A stretch of 64,000 bases of DNA from Laetmonice hystrix (Eukaryota). The stretch is from contig OZ249445.1 in NCBI GenBank assembly GCA_965235115.1, positions 8,122,001 to 8,186,000 of the forward strand, read 5' to 3'. How positions within the stretch are numbered: position 1 is the first letter of the stretch; the number at the start of each line of letters is the position of its first letter. Shown here one piece after another: positions 35,701 to 48,797 of the stretch. The translations under genes and the position numbers were made by a program. The notes under the pieces were generated by a model that was given only the letters and a program-made list of their open reading frames with translations, was not told the DNA's origin and ran no database searches.

Positions 35701-38700
35701 CTAGTTAAAAAGTTTAAGAAAAGTTTCCTTTTCTTTGTTACACTGTCCATAGCATAGACCTATGTCAAGGTATTTTCTTAAGAGTGTGCCCCTTTCACCC
35801 TACCCCCCTTGAAAATATGTGAGGCATGAAAGTTGAAAGGCCTTTTTTATTACCTTTTTCACTTTCTCCTTCACATGTACTTCTTTTCCGTTTCATCCTT
35901 GGTGAAGGAGGTTTATGGTACGGATTGCTCCTTACTTTGGCTTGGAGAGATATCTCTGATTAGAAAATACGATATAAGACATGTCAGGAGGAATTGTTAT
36001 ATATTTCCTGCAGCCTCGATGCCTTCGTTTGAATAATGTATTATGGTTGCAGGCATAGAATAATATAATAAGAACTCTGCAACTGAAATGACTATAGTAT
36101 TATGATAGCCTCGGATGATATGAAGCAAGAGAAATCATTTCCTATTTCGAAATACCGAGAAGGTAATTCAGACGGTAATTAGGGACTTAATTGGGGAATT
36201 AATTACTCACCAGCATTCCGGATGAAACGCGACGCTTCTCGTTGCTGTTCTTTGTCCCGGACTGAATCCTGCTGAGTTTCCATCACAAGGAACACGTACT
36301 CATTCAGCATCATGTGGAGTAAATGCAGTGACCCTGGAGTTGAAAAAATATGTTTTACTTACACCTAACTCGACATAACATACATAATACAAGTGCATGT
36401 CTCTGGCGTGTTAAAAAATAGACATGTATAGGAGTCACTTGTAAAAACGGTGGTGTGTATTGAGATTTCTGTTAGGTGTCAATTATTATAAAGAACTAAT
36501 AGAAAATAAGTTTTCCTTGCCCTGGAAGCGGTACACATACCAAAGCTCTTGGCGCTGTGTAGGGTTAAATCACGCATTAACAGAGAGCTGATAATCGACC
36601 AGTGTAGCAGAAAACTTGCCGCCCTCTCCTGGAAATTCTTCTTGCCGCACGTTGAAGGCTGTTAAATAAGATGATGTCTGCTTTTTCAGTTTCTTTCCGA
36701 ATCGTTGTCAGTGTATTCATGCATACAGAGACTGAGTGGCATTGAAAGACTTGCAAAATAGTTATATATTTTATGTAATTATCGTCTTGAATCTGCATAT
36801 AGAATAATGTGATTGAAAGGCAAGACTGTCACTATAAAAACTATAAAACAGCTAGCTGTATTCATCAATTTTATCAATCAAAATCGATGCTATCTTAAAA
36901 TTTAAATACCCATGATGATATAATGACTTGCTGTCTTAAATGTACATTTCGTCTTGATCATACCTGAATGACGCACATATCGACTAAATTTTCCAACCAT
37001 TCTGTGAATCCCTCGATTGATGCCTGTTTCGTTAGTAACGCCCGGAAGTCATTAAAATCTGAAATGAATAATGTCCGTACAAATAATTTGTGTACTGCAC
37101 TCAGAAGGGTCTTCCGTACATAGACTTATTTTGTGTGTCTATCCAGATCTGGCGTGGTCTATAAGAAAGATACTCAGGGATATTTTGTGTTTACAGGTGG
37201 GCCTACACTGCCCAACAGTGTATTCGTAATGGTAAGGCATAGGTCAAAAATCAAGAATGCATATTACCTCATTGAATACAAGTTAATTTCCTGTCATTTA
37301 TAACAAAAGCAATCAAAGTCCCCTTTCATGGGCAGAGCTATTGAGGTCCAACATTAAAAGTGCTACATTAAAAGTCTTGCAGTCAGTGTGTATAATTCTT
37401 TGACCAACATTATGACTACTTACATTCTTTCATGGATTTCGGTGATTCTCGTAATATTTGGGGTTCGGCAAATCCAACCTGAACGCAGACTCTGTCGAAC
37501 TCGACAATATCCAGATCTTCCACCATCTGATTGACGGTCTCAGGACACTGCAGTACTGTGCGCGCCGTCTAGCGGAAGATAGAAATAATAATCGATGAGC
37601 ATCAAATGGGGATAAATTCTGAGTCAGCGGTTATCCTTTGATTAACATTTCCCAAAGGTATAAAAGATGAAAATATTAATAAAGTGATTTAATCCACTGC
37701 ATTGTCCTCTTCCACGAGCTTTGGAGAGTGGACAAGAATCAGTGCTGCGAATTCTGTTAAGGTCTATTGGTTTTATAGGATTGATAAAATATCCTACTGG
37801 TGTCATATTTTGTGTCTGTGGAGATCAACACATAAACAAGTGTAACTTTACCTGTGCAAGGTGCACGAACGTCAGCTGTCGTTTAACACACTGTGTGAAA
37901 TGGCGCACAGCTGGAACCAGAACAGTAAAATACCATCAATCTCAATACTGTTACGGTGGCATGGAGTTTGTTTTCTCAATAGTTTGGACAGTATTCTCTT
38001 AGAACAGAAGCACAATATCAACGAGTTCATCTGGTTCTTCTCCCTTCATACCTTTTAGTTTCTTTTGTCGGAGATCTTCCGGGGCATCCTCCAGGGAATT
38101 ATTGAGCCAGTTGGGCATGCGACGCACAAACGTTTTGATGTCAGCAGTCAAACTGCAATGAAAAACATTTTGTGATACATAATAATTTATTCTAGATAAT
38201 AGCAATAAGTGTAGTCAGGAGTGAATTATAAGAAAGAGAAAAATGGGAACGAAATAAAAAACGATGAAAATATTGGCCAACCTTTCTGGGAGGTCTTGGA
38301 CGGTGGAGGGCACGAGAACATCAATCAGTACCTTCAACAAACAGTATTCTATTGTAAAATCGATGTTGGTACTCTTGGGAATTATTTCCATAGCCCTTTA
38401 TTACATCAAGTTAAATAACCCTGCACTACACCTTTGTTATATACCTAGCTATAATATCCACTATAAAGTGCGTCTTTATACGCCTTTAGGCTTACCTTAT
38501 AGAGTATAGAATCACAGAGACCAACGAGTTCAGTGATGATGATGTGGTGCAGCAATTCCAGTAGGTGTTCAGGCATGCCTTGCCAAAAATGAAGCAGGAA
38601 GTTTTGCACCTGGCAATCCAGAGATCAACTTCGAAATTAGTGAATAGATTTATGAGAAAAGCAATCATTGAGCTAGTGTAGGTGGTAAAGCCACGTTATA

Positions 38701-41700
38701 CATAATTAGAATACCCTACAGGGGCGGATCCAGGATTTTCGCTTGGGGGGGGGGGGACGAAGTCAGAAAGGGGTGGCTGGTCCTGAACTGCTGATAACTA
38801 AATAATGTTTTATACAAATTTCAATCTTCATAAATCTCCAGGTTTACTGTTAGACCTTACTTTACTGCTAGAAAGGGGTGGCTGGGTTCATTTAGGCCTA
38901 AGTTATACTATACTTGTCCAAAATTTAGGGGGGCGTGCCCCTGTCCCCCTAGATCCGCCTCTGCCCTATATGCCCTGGTAATTGTGTGAGCCTATACCTG
39001 GTCAAAGTTGGCCGAGATAACGGTGTCGAGGATCCTCTGGCAGTGGGTCCGGTACATCATAATGAACGTTTCCACCTGTGGGCAGAGATCGGTTGGTCAA
39101 CCTCACTGTCCGTAGAAATTACCAAATTCTCTCAGTGATACCTCAATTTTTGTTTATTTTAAATCTGATTTATATGTGAGTAAGTTGATTCTCAAAATAT
39201 AAGTAGGCCTACTAGGAAGTTCATACCTTGTCCATTTCTAGACTGTCATCCAGAATAAGGTCTGAGGCCTTTGGAAAATCAGGTAGCAGGGTGCCAGTCT
39301 TGGAACTTAGCGAGTATTTCCGATTTGATCCCTGAAAATGGGAATAGAGTTTTTACTTATAGAAATTGGGCCTACATAAGTACCGTATTTTTTTCTTTGG
39401 TGTGGCAAGCCTTTCAAGTTCATAATATAAAATTTTTACAGAGTTGTCTACCGGCAGTCATGATCGGAAATATTGGTCCTCTTCCAATCCTCAAGTATAT
39501 TAGGCGGCATGGGTTGGCGTCGTAATTACGACATAAGATTTTATTTTTAAAATTTAAGGCCAAAGGGATCTAGGCATAAGGAAACAATCAGTAAGAGGGC
39601 TCTGTTCAAACAGGACGTTCCCACGCCCAGTAACGTAAATTTCTAATTCTGTTTGCCCTCTCGTTAGGTTCGATTACCCAAGGTCAAATATTGATACAGC
39701 CTCGTATTGGGCTGGTTGGGTAAAGAACGGAGGGTCGGTGTGGGCATTCCGCGGCAGACGACACGTTGCCTTGACGCAAAGCGTTTGTGCTGGCGCCTTG
39801 AACCTTGTCGCCTGTTGGCAATTATCCCATAAGAGACATGTGTAAACTGTTGAGGCCTGGTGAACGGAAGAGAACGTCGCACTCCATGCCAGGAGGAGTG
39901 CAATCGGTGATATAGGCCTGGGTCTGTACGTACAAACGATTGATCCGAGTTGCTAAATCTCCATGGTAACTGATCCACCAAATTGGATGATAAAAAATAC
40001 TAAGAAAATAGTAAGAAATACCTGTCACTATTGTATTCCTAGAGAACCCCGATCCACTGTTTCCAGACTCTCCTCCCTCCCCCTCCACCCCCCCCCCCCC
40101 CACACCCAAATAGCCCCCCCCCCCCCCACACACACAAATAAATAAACTTATCCCTATCCCTGACCCTGGCCTTGCGTGAGAATGCCATGGGAGAATGACC
40201 TTCAGGGCCGTCCAGAACGCTGTATAGCGGCCTCTTTACCTTACGGACGCGGTGCCAGACGGCCTTTGAAGGCGTCCTATTGAGAGCATCATAATACCAC
40301 AGAGTACCCTACATCTACCTATTCTGTGATTATACTGCGTCCGAAACGACTGACCCCTGGTTTGATTCGTTATTGATTCGAGCCAGCTTGTGTCACGTAA
40401 AGTGCACAAGATAATGCCAGGCTTTGTCATGATGCACGCGTCTTTTGCTGAAAAAAGTGTACCTACCTCGGTTTTTACTGTTGTCCCTGAAAACCTGAAA
40501 ACAAAATAATATGTTTATTGTATGCTGAACATATAATATAACGATATAATAATAATTATACAGTATCATTAAAACCGTTTACTGTCAGGTTCTACTAATA
40601 GACCCATAGTGATACTAATCTACTTGCTTGGAATGATTTATGTAGACACAGCGCCTATTATATTCAGGCTCAGTTACACGGAGGCTTTATAGAAGGAAAC
40701 GGAACTCCTTTCAAACGTCAAGTACTCCACATCCCAATAATATACAAGGCATTGTATGTACGACCGCTTGTCTCGTGAATAATACACTTTCTATAGTTCG
40801 GGGGGGACTGCAATCTCATTGTCAGAATCATATGACACTGTTTAACTTTAGAGGTCATTAAATAGCACAAGGACGCTCGCCCAAAAGAAGCACATGATTT
40901 ATATTTGGAAACAATGATATCAGTACGATGTCTATGAAATGAGCGCAGTAAAATCTTACCGTGTGAGACCTTTGCCTCGGTACACCGAGTGGTAGTATAT
41001 GGACGTCTCCTTTATTCCTATTCCATAGTAGTGATACCTGTAGACATTATAAGGGAAATCAATCACGAATCACACCATGTTAATTGTCTTAGTTATAAAA
41101 ACAACGTATGATACAGTTAGCGAGGCGAAATTGTGAACTTACTTTGACTGCCCTCTTGTCCCCAACCTCCTGGTCGTCAATTTTGGAAATCGCTGTCGAA
41201 TAATCTGAAACCCATCAAAGTAATGAAAACGAGGAGGCACATGTAATCGGAATCGTCTAAGGAAACACTCAAAGTTTGCTTCCTGTACAAAACCGTTTGA
41301 CCACATCACTGCCACTCCACATGGAGGAGTGATGTCTCCGGGGCGTGGTCAGGATAGGTCTGTGGGAGGGTTTGGACACCCCCCTAAAATAACTAAAAAA
41401 ATAAACTGAAAGCGTATTCAAGACACAGGTTTTTGTCCATCAGACTGGCAATATAGGGCCTGGTAATGGCTGAATGCTTACCTTGCCGAAGTTGGCGGCC
41501 CCGACCGGAGAATAACCATTCGTCTTACACAGGTCGAGATAATGGGTGTATAGAACGCAACGGGGAAGGCACACCCCATCCGCACGCTCATAGTTCTCCT
41601 CCAACCTAGAAACAATCAATAGGATTGTTTTCAGAATGTCTGTGACACCTTTGTAAGCAATAGGATTGTTTTTTTTTGTTGGGGAAAGGTAACCGTGGTT

Positions 41701-43475
41701 GGTAATTTCTTACCATTTGAGAGTGTGTTCAATTTGGGATTGCTTGTTCACCCAACCGGTTCTTGCCTCATCTACCATTTGAACTGGGACCTCGTCGTCA
41801 TCTTGTCTGTCTTCTACAACACAAATAAGTCAGAATGAATGGTTTCGGTATAAACGACACTCACTACCTTTTTTTGGGAGGGTGGGGGGCTTAATATTGG
41901 GCACATGGGTCCTGATATAGGTGTCAAAATGTTCGCCTAGATATTTAGATTGCGTTTAGTTATGGGCGTTGACGGTTATTGGGTACAATGACCAGTTTAA
42001 GTCTACGTTCGCGGATAAACTGTTGGAGAACTTTGTGGAGAATGGTCCATGTGAAGTCTGGTCGCGGTCCTAAGCTTAAAGTATCGTTATCAGGGGTCTT
42101 TCCAGACTGGCCATGTTTGTATGCACCATGCGACACTGTCACAGAATGTATGCACAACACTTTAAACTCCAGGTACAAAGCACCAAAATGTTTTTTTAAA
42201 AGAAATTTTAGTAGTGAAATGAGTTCACGGATCACAGTCCATGGTGTTAGGGGTTTTTGCTGGGTAGAAATAAACATTTATGGTGGGATATATTGTGTAG
42301 GTCTCATTTCGCAAAATGATTTCGTATCTGGTGATAGTATATCCGACACGCGAGCTTGTTTACATAAACCCATTCAAACCCCATAGGTTAATATTCTAGA
42401 AATGACAGTTTCTCCTTGGCACCAATTACAAGTTTAGTACCAAATACACTACACTGTAATTCGGGCAACCAGGGTGGGACATATCTATAAGAATAACCAT
42501 TGGCATGACAAATATGTTGTTTATCTTTTAAAAAATTGTCAAATGAGACGCTGCCAACTGGAAAAACTCATTAATGATTTCCATCATAAACTCAGGAATC
42601 CCAAAAACTGTCAATTATACCATTTCCCTTGGACTCATTGTTGACAAAGATATCTACTTTAATTAATTCTATTTTCCCTACTTTGACAGGGGGCGGGTGA
42701 GGTTTCTGCCATGGAGGTGAGTACACATGTCCTCATACCCTACCGATTGTTCCTATCCGCTCTAACCGGCCATTCTCGGCTTGACTTGATGTTTGTTGTC
42801 AACTTCCGCTGTCCATTTACTGAGAGTGTTTGCTTGCGTTAGTGTTAAGGTTGTTACAAGAGTAATCACGTAGTAATTACATGGTGATGGTTTCTTCCTT
42901 CAGTAAGCTACCATAACGTAAAAGTCACCAAGGGTAAGATTGTAACAAAAACATTCACTGTTGCATGTACACTTACGTGTGCTATGTATAATGTACTAAG
43001 TATTATGGCAAAGAGCAGGCAGGAAATTGTAAACTCTCTTGCCTGACAAAATATTCCTTGTCCTAATTAGGCCGACTTGTGCATGTCTATATACTGCTAT
43101 GATTCTGCCAACGATATTTTGGTGGAGAGCGACAAAAAACCGTGATTCCCCCCTCGGTATCACAATATCATTACAAGTATTATTCACAGGCAATGGTGCA
43201 GTGAGAGCAGATTAAATGGGTCCATACACACCTGTTGCATCTGCCCACCTAACGTTGTCAACTTTGTTCAGCTGTGTCTGTTCCCTTATCGCGTGGCCCG
43301 TGTCAAAGTCATCAGGGAATCCGGTGGCAGAGAATGGGGACGATTCAATGTTCTCTTTGCGCCATTTCTCAATGTGTCCCTGGACTGATGGCATCCGAAA
43401 GTTGTTTCCCACGCCCATGAATGTGTAGTTATTTCCTGACATGCATTCCATAGTTCTGAGAGCCTGATATGTCAT
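32792..43475 (-). CDS. RFX6: RFX6-type winged-helix transcription factor, 19 coding exons, 868 aa
   Basis: Exons (minus): 43475-43232, 41813-41714, 41605-41482, 41204-41143, 41037-40960, 40494-40467, 39331-39227, 39075-38998, 38609-38496, 38331-38282, 38152-38052, 37910-37852, 37568-37424, 37058-36964, 36658-36541, 36333-36211, 35955-35854, 34000-33317, 32988-32792. All are GT-AG and phase-consistent. [30 protein letters not shown]...[34 protein letters not shown]; RFX6-like [14 protein letters not shown]; [10 protein letters not shown]; dimerisation region [26 protein letters not shown]. The first-exon start is the least certain part. Confidence 0.93.
34533..34830. mobile_element. Foldback MITE in RFX6 intron 17
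   Basis: Nested inverted repeats: GTTTGAAGTGCCGA/TCGGCACTTCAAAC, CCGCTAGATGGCAC/GTGCCATCTAGCGG and AGGGTGCTGCCATCTATCGTTTT/AAAACGATAGATGGCAGCACCCT. Confidence 0.75.
35116..35317. mobile_element. 202-bp Harbinger-like MITE nested in another repeat
   Basis: TIR GGCCCGTTTTTG/CAAAAACGGGCC; 3-bp TSD CTG (35113-35115 and 35318-35320). The uninterrupted host sequence TTGCCTGGAACCCC occurs at ~34169. Confidence 0.8.
38719..38963. mobile_element. MITE, CAGG TIR family, 5-bp TSD
   Basis: CAGGGGCGGATCCAGG ... CTAGATCCGCCTCTG; CCCTA at 38714-38718 and 38964-38968. Confidence 0.8.
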
Positions 43476-44954
43476 GTCACTACGGGCATTTCACTTTCCT
43501 CTTGTTATAAATCTAAATGCAACAGCAGCAATCACTCGTCCCGCGGTTTTCACAGTACCAGCTTCCTCATCGATCCAAATACTCAGAATCTGTACGACCG
43601 TAAAATCTCAGCAGTATTTTTAACATATACGGTATCCTTCTCAGGGGAAGTTGTGGGTGGTCCAGTGTTGACAACAGTAATGTGAGAGGTGTAGCTTTTT
43701 TTCTGGCAGTACCTCTTCTGTCCTCCGAGCACACTGCCAAAGTGGGTTTAAATGTGCAGGTCTTGTCAGGTGATCGACGTGGACAAGGTGTGCGCCAGGC
43801 TCCACCCCTTGGAGGTGGGTGGGGTGTATGGGAAAGGTTGGAGTACACACAACAATGCAAACAAAGCGCGACAGGTGAGGCGGCACGTTCACCCCGCCCA
43901 CCGACCTGACCTTCAGCCAATAGACGTCCGGCTCGGCCAGGTCTGCATACATTATTTAATAAAGAAAACAATGGGTAATTAGCGTATAGCCGCTGAGAGT
44001 GGCGCCGAAATACACAGGTACTGACAATGGGAATCCTCAAGATGATGCCTATCTCTGCACGGGAACGACAACAATATTATCTTACACTTTAATGTGGGCG
44101 CCCTTAATATGTTAATAGGTTTAGAAATTTAATGACGTCGATTATAATTATCTGTCAGAGCGCTAACCCCCCAGTGAAGACGTGGGACCAGGCATAGTTC
44201 TCTGAACGTTTATTATTTTCTGATTGTGTCAGAACAGATGGAATGACAGTGATAAACATGCAGGAATACACATAATAGTGTGGAATCAGCGCGGTCCATT
44301 TAGCTTATATATTAAGCATTGTCTTACCAACTTTAAAAAGTAACAATATTAGTTCCCAATCAAAGAGGTATTATTGGGCTTAAAACGTGCACAAAAGACA
44401 ATGAGATATTATTTGTTGGTTATACTGGTATCTGATTTCTGAGTCTACGTCCAATGATTCTGTATATTGTATTGGAGCCTATGTGCAGGTACTCATATCT
44501 CTCAGTGCGAGGTCGACTGGATGTGGATACCCACTTGGCTTGCAAGATTATCCTATAACTAAACCTTTTATTTCATATTATGATATAGAGACTTAATTTT
44601 TCACGATTGGTGTGTGTATTGGTGTTTCAACTTTACCCAACATTTTGATATCTCTATATAGGTCTACGCTTTGCAAGTTTTTGCGTATTATCCGCCCCCA
44701 AATATATTTAAAACGGCATCGGGCCGAAATTGGACGGTTGCGAACACCACAACAGCTGGGAGAAAATAAGTGTTGAACTATGCCGTCCTCCCTGTCTGGT
44801 AAAATCCTTACGGTAAACATCTTGTCCATACAGCGCTAAATGACCTCGCGATAAAATCTGGGCCATTACATAATCCTTCAACCTTTTGTGGGGCAGAGAT
44901 TTTCGTAGTAATGTCTGTTACCCTATGCTGGTATCGGGCCAGACTAGTACAAAC

Positions 44955-45647
44955 GGTATCATCCCGCTAGCCCCCCGCCCGCTAGCCCCCCGTTTAGACA
45001 GGGCCGAAGGTGTGAGAAATCTGTGCCGCTAGCCTCCCGCTCGGCTGTTCCACTATCAGGCACTACCCCCTTATGAGATTTGGGGTGGCCAGCGGTCAGG
45101 GATGGTAAGGGCAATGAACTTGCATTGTAATGTATAGGCCTAGTTCTTTGTTAAGGGATAACTAAAAGGCAAGCGACAAATAATTAGGGGGTGTTACTAG
45201 ATATATAAATGACTGATTACGGGTGTTACGGGACTGAATCTGTATTATGGTGTTAGTTAGAATCACAGTTATACACTCAACCACTGCCTTACTTAGTACC
45301 AGTAGTATTGTCCATCATATGGCCAACCGCCTTCATATAGGACTCCATCATTCTGTGGCATATCATATAGTCTATGCCTAACTGGTGCAATCGGGAGTCA
45401 ATACTTTTTCTTTCTTTTGAGGGTTGGCTGACCTGCCTGCATTGGCAGCATATGAACCGCCAAGTCCCGCCGTTGACCCCCCCCCCCCCCACCAACTCCG
45501 TCCACGCCTCAGTGGTGGTGGTGGTGGGGGGGGGGGTTGTGTCAGGGAGTGGAACAGCCGAGCGGGGGGCTACCGGCACAGATTTCTCACACCTTCGGCC
45601 TTGTCTAAACGGGGGGCTAGCGGGCGGGGGGCTAGCGGGGGTAATCC
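44955..45647. mobile_element. 693-bp TIR element with 8-bp TSD and GG...CC ends (Merlin- or MULE-like)
   Basis: ~100-bp TIRs (core arms 44963-45054 and 45548-45639, ~95% reverse-complement identity); GTACAAAC at 44947-44954 and 45648-45655. Confidence 0.8.
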
Positions 45648-46642
45648 GTACAAACAATACTACCCGACATGATTTAGATATTGAATATGTACACATTACA
45701 ATCGACGACAGAGTGACACGGACAGCGAGGGTGGTTCCCGGAGGATTTCATCAAACTGCATGTGTTTGTGTCTGTCGCCTTACCGAGAAGGCCGGAATAA
45801 CCTGCCACGGTAATCGACAGACTTTGTAATTCACGGATCGGCATATGACACGGTCTGGGTGTGTCTCCATTCAGTAGGAAAACAAGAAGCTGGCATATAG
45901 CTCACCGGTATGGTCGAAACCAGGCGCAACCTTCTGGAAAACACTGGCATTGTGCTACCAGCTTGACAGGCGTACAGGTCACAGACAGAGGGAGACATCA
46001 TGTCTTCGATTGGTCTTTTGTTACACGCTGTATATAATTTGAAATGTCATGCTAATGTGGAGATGGTACGAGGAAGGACAGAAATGGTACGTTGATTTTT
46101 TTTTATAACTGAGATCTTGCATGTATCCGACGTAGACAATATTAAGACAATGTCTACACCCGTATAGCATAGTTCTTGCGTCTTGCCGGAGACAGTTAAT
46201 TAAAGATAACGGTGTATTGCTCAGACACGACCCAGGCTGAGTGGGACAGGGTGGAAGTGGCACCATTATCCCACGCGTGGAGAGGAGGACGGGCGTGTGA
46301 CTTGGGATGAAATGTCTCAGAAAATAAGATAGTTTGGCAGACAAAACCGACAACATCGCAACAATAGAGCTAAACATAGACTACTTAGGTTTACAACTCA
46401 AGTTTGCAAATTATTATACGCAAGATGGCGTCACTCTTAGCTAAAACTTTGTTGGCCATGGCTTAGAATAGAAGAATCAACTAGGGACTAATTCCTGAGG
46501 AATCCACTAGGTGGCGCAGGAGGTGTCGGGGTTGACGGGGTTGACCGCCCGCTGTTTTGAATACATGTACGTAAAATCGGTGCAGTTTGAGTATTAAGGT
46601 GCGATATATTATATTTCTGCTTGAGCAAAGATGCATTCGAGT

Positions 46643-47569
46643 TTACTCCAAATCTGAGGCTAACAATTGGGGTTCCTCCTCAATGCATGACGTTGGTGTG
46701 GCTGGATTTGATATGATAGGTTGATAGTCTAACAGGTCACTTTGAGTTGATTCATTATTTTGTTCTCGGATGAGGTAAGGAATGCCGTCCTCTGGAAGCA
46801 GTCGAGAAAGGCCATAGCTAGAGTAACACTTGTACGAGATAGCCGCGACGGCCGCCATCAACACAAAGACGGCTCCGATATGCCAGATGAATATCAAGGT
46901 GGCCAGCTGGACCGAGTCATCGTTGTTTGGATCCCAGGGCTGCGAGCCGGGGACCGGGTTGTAGAGGATGAAGCCAATCCCGATGAACCAGCAACCTTGA
47001 AGAACGACGCTGTAGATCCTACAGAGACAAATTAACACACTGCCAGGGTGATGTAACTCGAGCAGTGTGAACACCACACACGCCGCTATCACGTACACAA
47101 GGGCTATGTGTACAAACACTTCCAGAGGCTCCATCCCGATTGCATGGAATCGAAATAAGATTGCCTCAGCCAGGAACGCCAGCGCAGCCGCCAGGTAGTC
47201 GGTGCCAGCCGGGAGCACGCCAGGCGCACGGTTACAGACGATATCCACCAACCCGACCAGGAAGAAAAATGAATACATTGTGATATGCTGTAAGTCGACG
47301 ACCCTAAACGGGCCCCAGTCGGCGTGGCCATGGGTGGACGAGTATATCTCCACACCGATTCCAATGGTGGTTACAGTGATCTTGACGGCGGCCTCGAGTG
47401 GCCAGCCGACACAGACTCCACTCCCTCCACAAGAAAACACCTCTGTGCTCAAGTACTTGGTCCTGGACACCCGACAAACCAGCAGTCGGCGCACAATCTG
47501 AGTCATCCACCAGATTCCGAATGATAGAAAGAATGATCCAGGGAGGACATGCCCCATAAAGCTTCCCAT
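46643..47569 (-). CDS. TMEM45: TMEM45-family (DUF716) multi-pass membrane protein, intronless, 308 aa
   Basis: MGSFMGHVLPGSFFLSFGIWW...LQHITMYSFFFLVGLVD...AFLAEAILFRFH...LQGCWFIGIGFILY...WD...FIWH: His-rich TMEM45 motifs in one continuous ORF. Confidence 0.9.
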   Translation of the reverse strand: MGSFMGHVLPGSFFLSFGIWWMTQIVRRLLVCRVSRTKYLSTEVFSCGGSGVCVGWPLEAAVKITVTTIGIGVEIYSSTHGHADWGPFRVVDLQHITMYSFFFLVGLVDIVCNRAPGVLPAGTDYLAAALAFLAEAILFRFHAIGMEPLEVFVHIALVYVIAACVVFTLLELHHPGSVLICLCRIYSVVLQGCWFIGIGFILYNPVPGSQPWDPNNDDSVQLATLIFIWHIGAVFVLMAAVAAISYKCYSSYGLSRLLPEDGIPYLIREQNNESTQSDLLDYQPIISNPATPTSCIEEEPQLLASDLE

Positions 47570-48797
47570 GTTGATCCTATATAAAACCTGTTCAGTGTTT
47601 GAAGAGGTTCAGATCCTAAACTCTCAGTGTGTTATTGGCTGAATCTTTGTTATGCCGGGCATTGCCAAGGGAAACGACCTGCATCTTGGCGGGGCATTAC
47701 TAAATAATTCCCCATCCCGCATGGCGGGATGCAAAGCGGGCAATGCTCCAGAGTTTAGACGTTTTTTTTTTATTATTGTTAGCTTAGATACTAACTTTAT
47801 TGCTATTTTTTAAAGATACACAATGAGACAAAAGCAATTGGAGAGGGTTTAGTTCTGTTGGAACCAACAATTTGTGTGACATATGTTTGGCAGTGACCCC
47901 ATATACCACCGCCCGAGGTTTACTTGTAGTAAAGTAATACAAACATGTACCGGGCGATTAGATACAAAGGAAAGTGTAGTCCCAAATACTGCGTTCAACA
48001 TCATAAAACTATTCCTATTTTTAGTTCCAATTGTGGCAGTCATACTCGAATGCCGGGACGGTCAGGACACGGGACCAGTGCCTGGGTGACCAGTGCAGTG
48101 GACACTCCGACAAACCAAACAAACTATAATTGTTGTGTTTGACACAGCGGATTCTAATGTACATCGAATCGACCTGGACTTGTCACGGATACGTTTAGGT
48201 ATGTACAACATGTATGATAATCTTCAGAAATTATGAAACCAACATAACCATCATGTAGACCCAGTTCATAAAGGCAGGGTCGCTGAACCAATCAATGGAA
48301 TGATAACTTGATAAGTGGAGTCCTGGCGGGGCGGGGGCGTGTCATAAACCCTCATTCACAACATCCAAGTAAAGGCGCGGGCACCGACCTCGCACAGAAT
48401 GATACTTGAACAAGCCCTGCTCATGTATTTTTGCCCGACTCCAGTAGATTCAGCCTGGGGTCCGTGTCACGTTATGGTAAACATTTCCGAGGAGCCTCTG
48501 TAAGTCGGGAAGCCCAGATGTACCATGTCAGTAGTATATATTGAGGGCGTCCGTATAATATTCCCCTAGGGGCGTGGGAAGCTATTTTGAAGTGGGCGGA
48601 GTACAGTAAATCTTGACCTCTTCAGTATCAACAGTTGACTTTTTGATTATTGATCATTCCTCAATGGTTTGCCCTTTTAATAGTTTTATAGGGCCGAGTT
48701 CCGACGCCGCGTTTACGACAATTATGTATCCCGAGAGTTTCGTCCACAGCTATCGTTGTGTTTCTAGGACCCATTGCCGTACCATCACCGAACCAGG

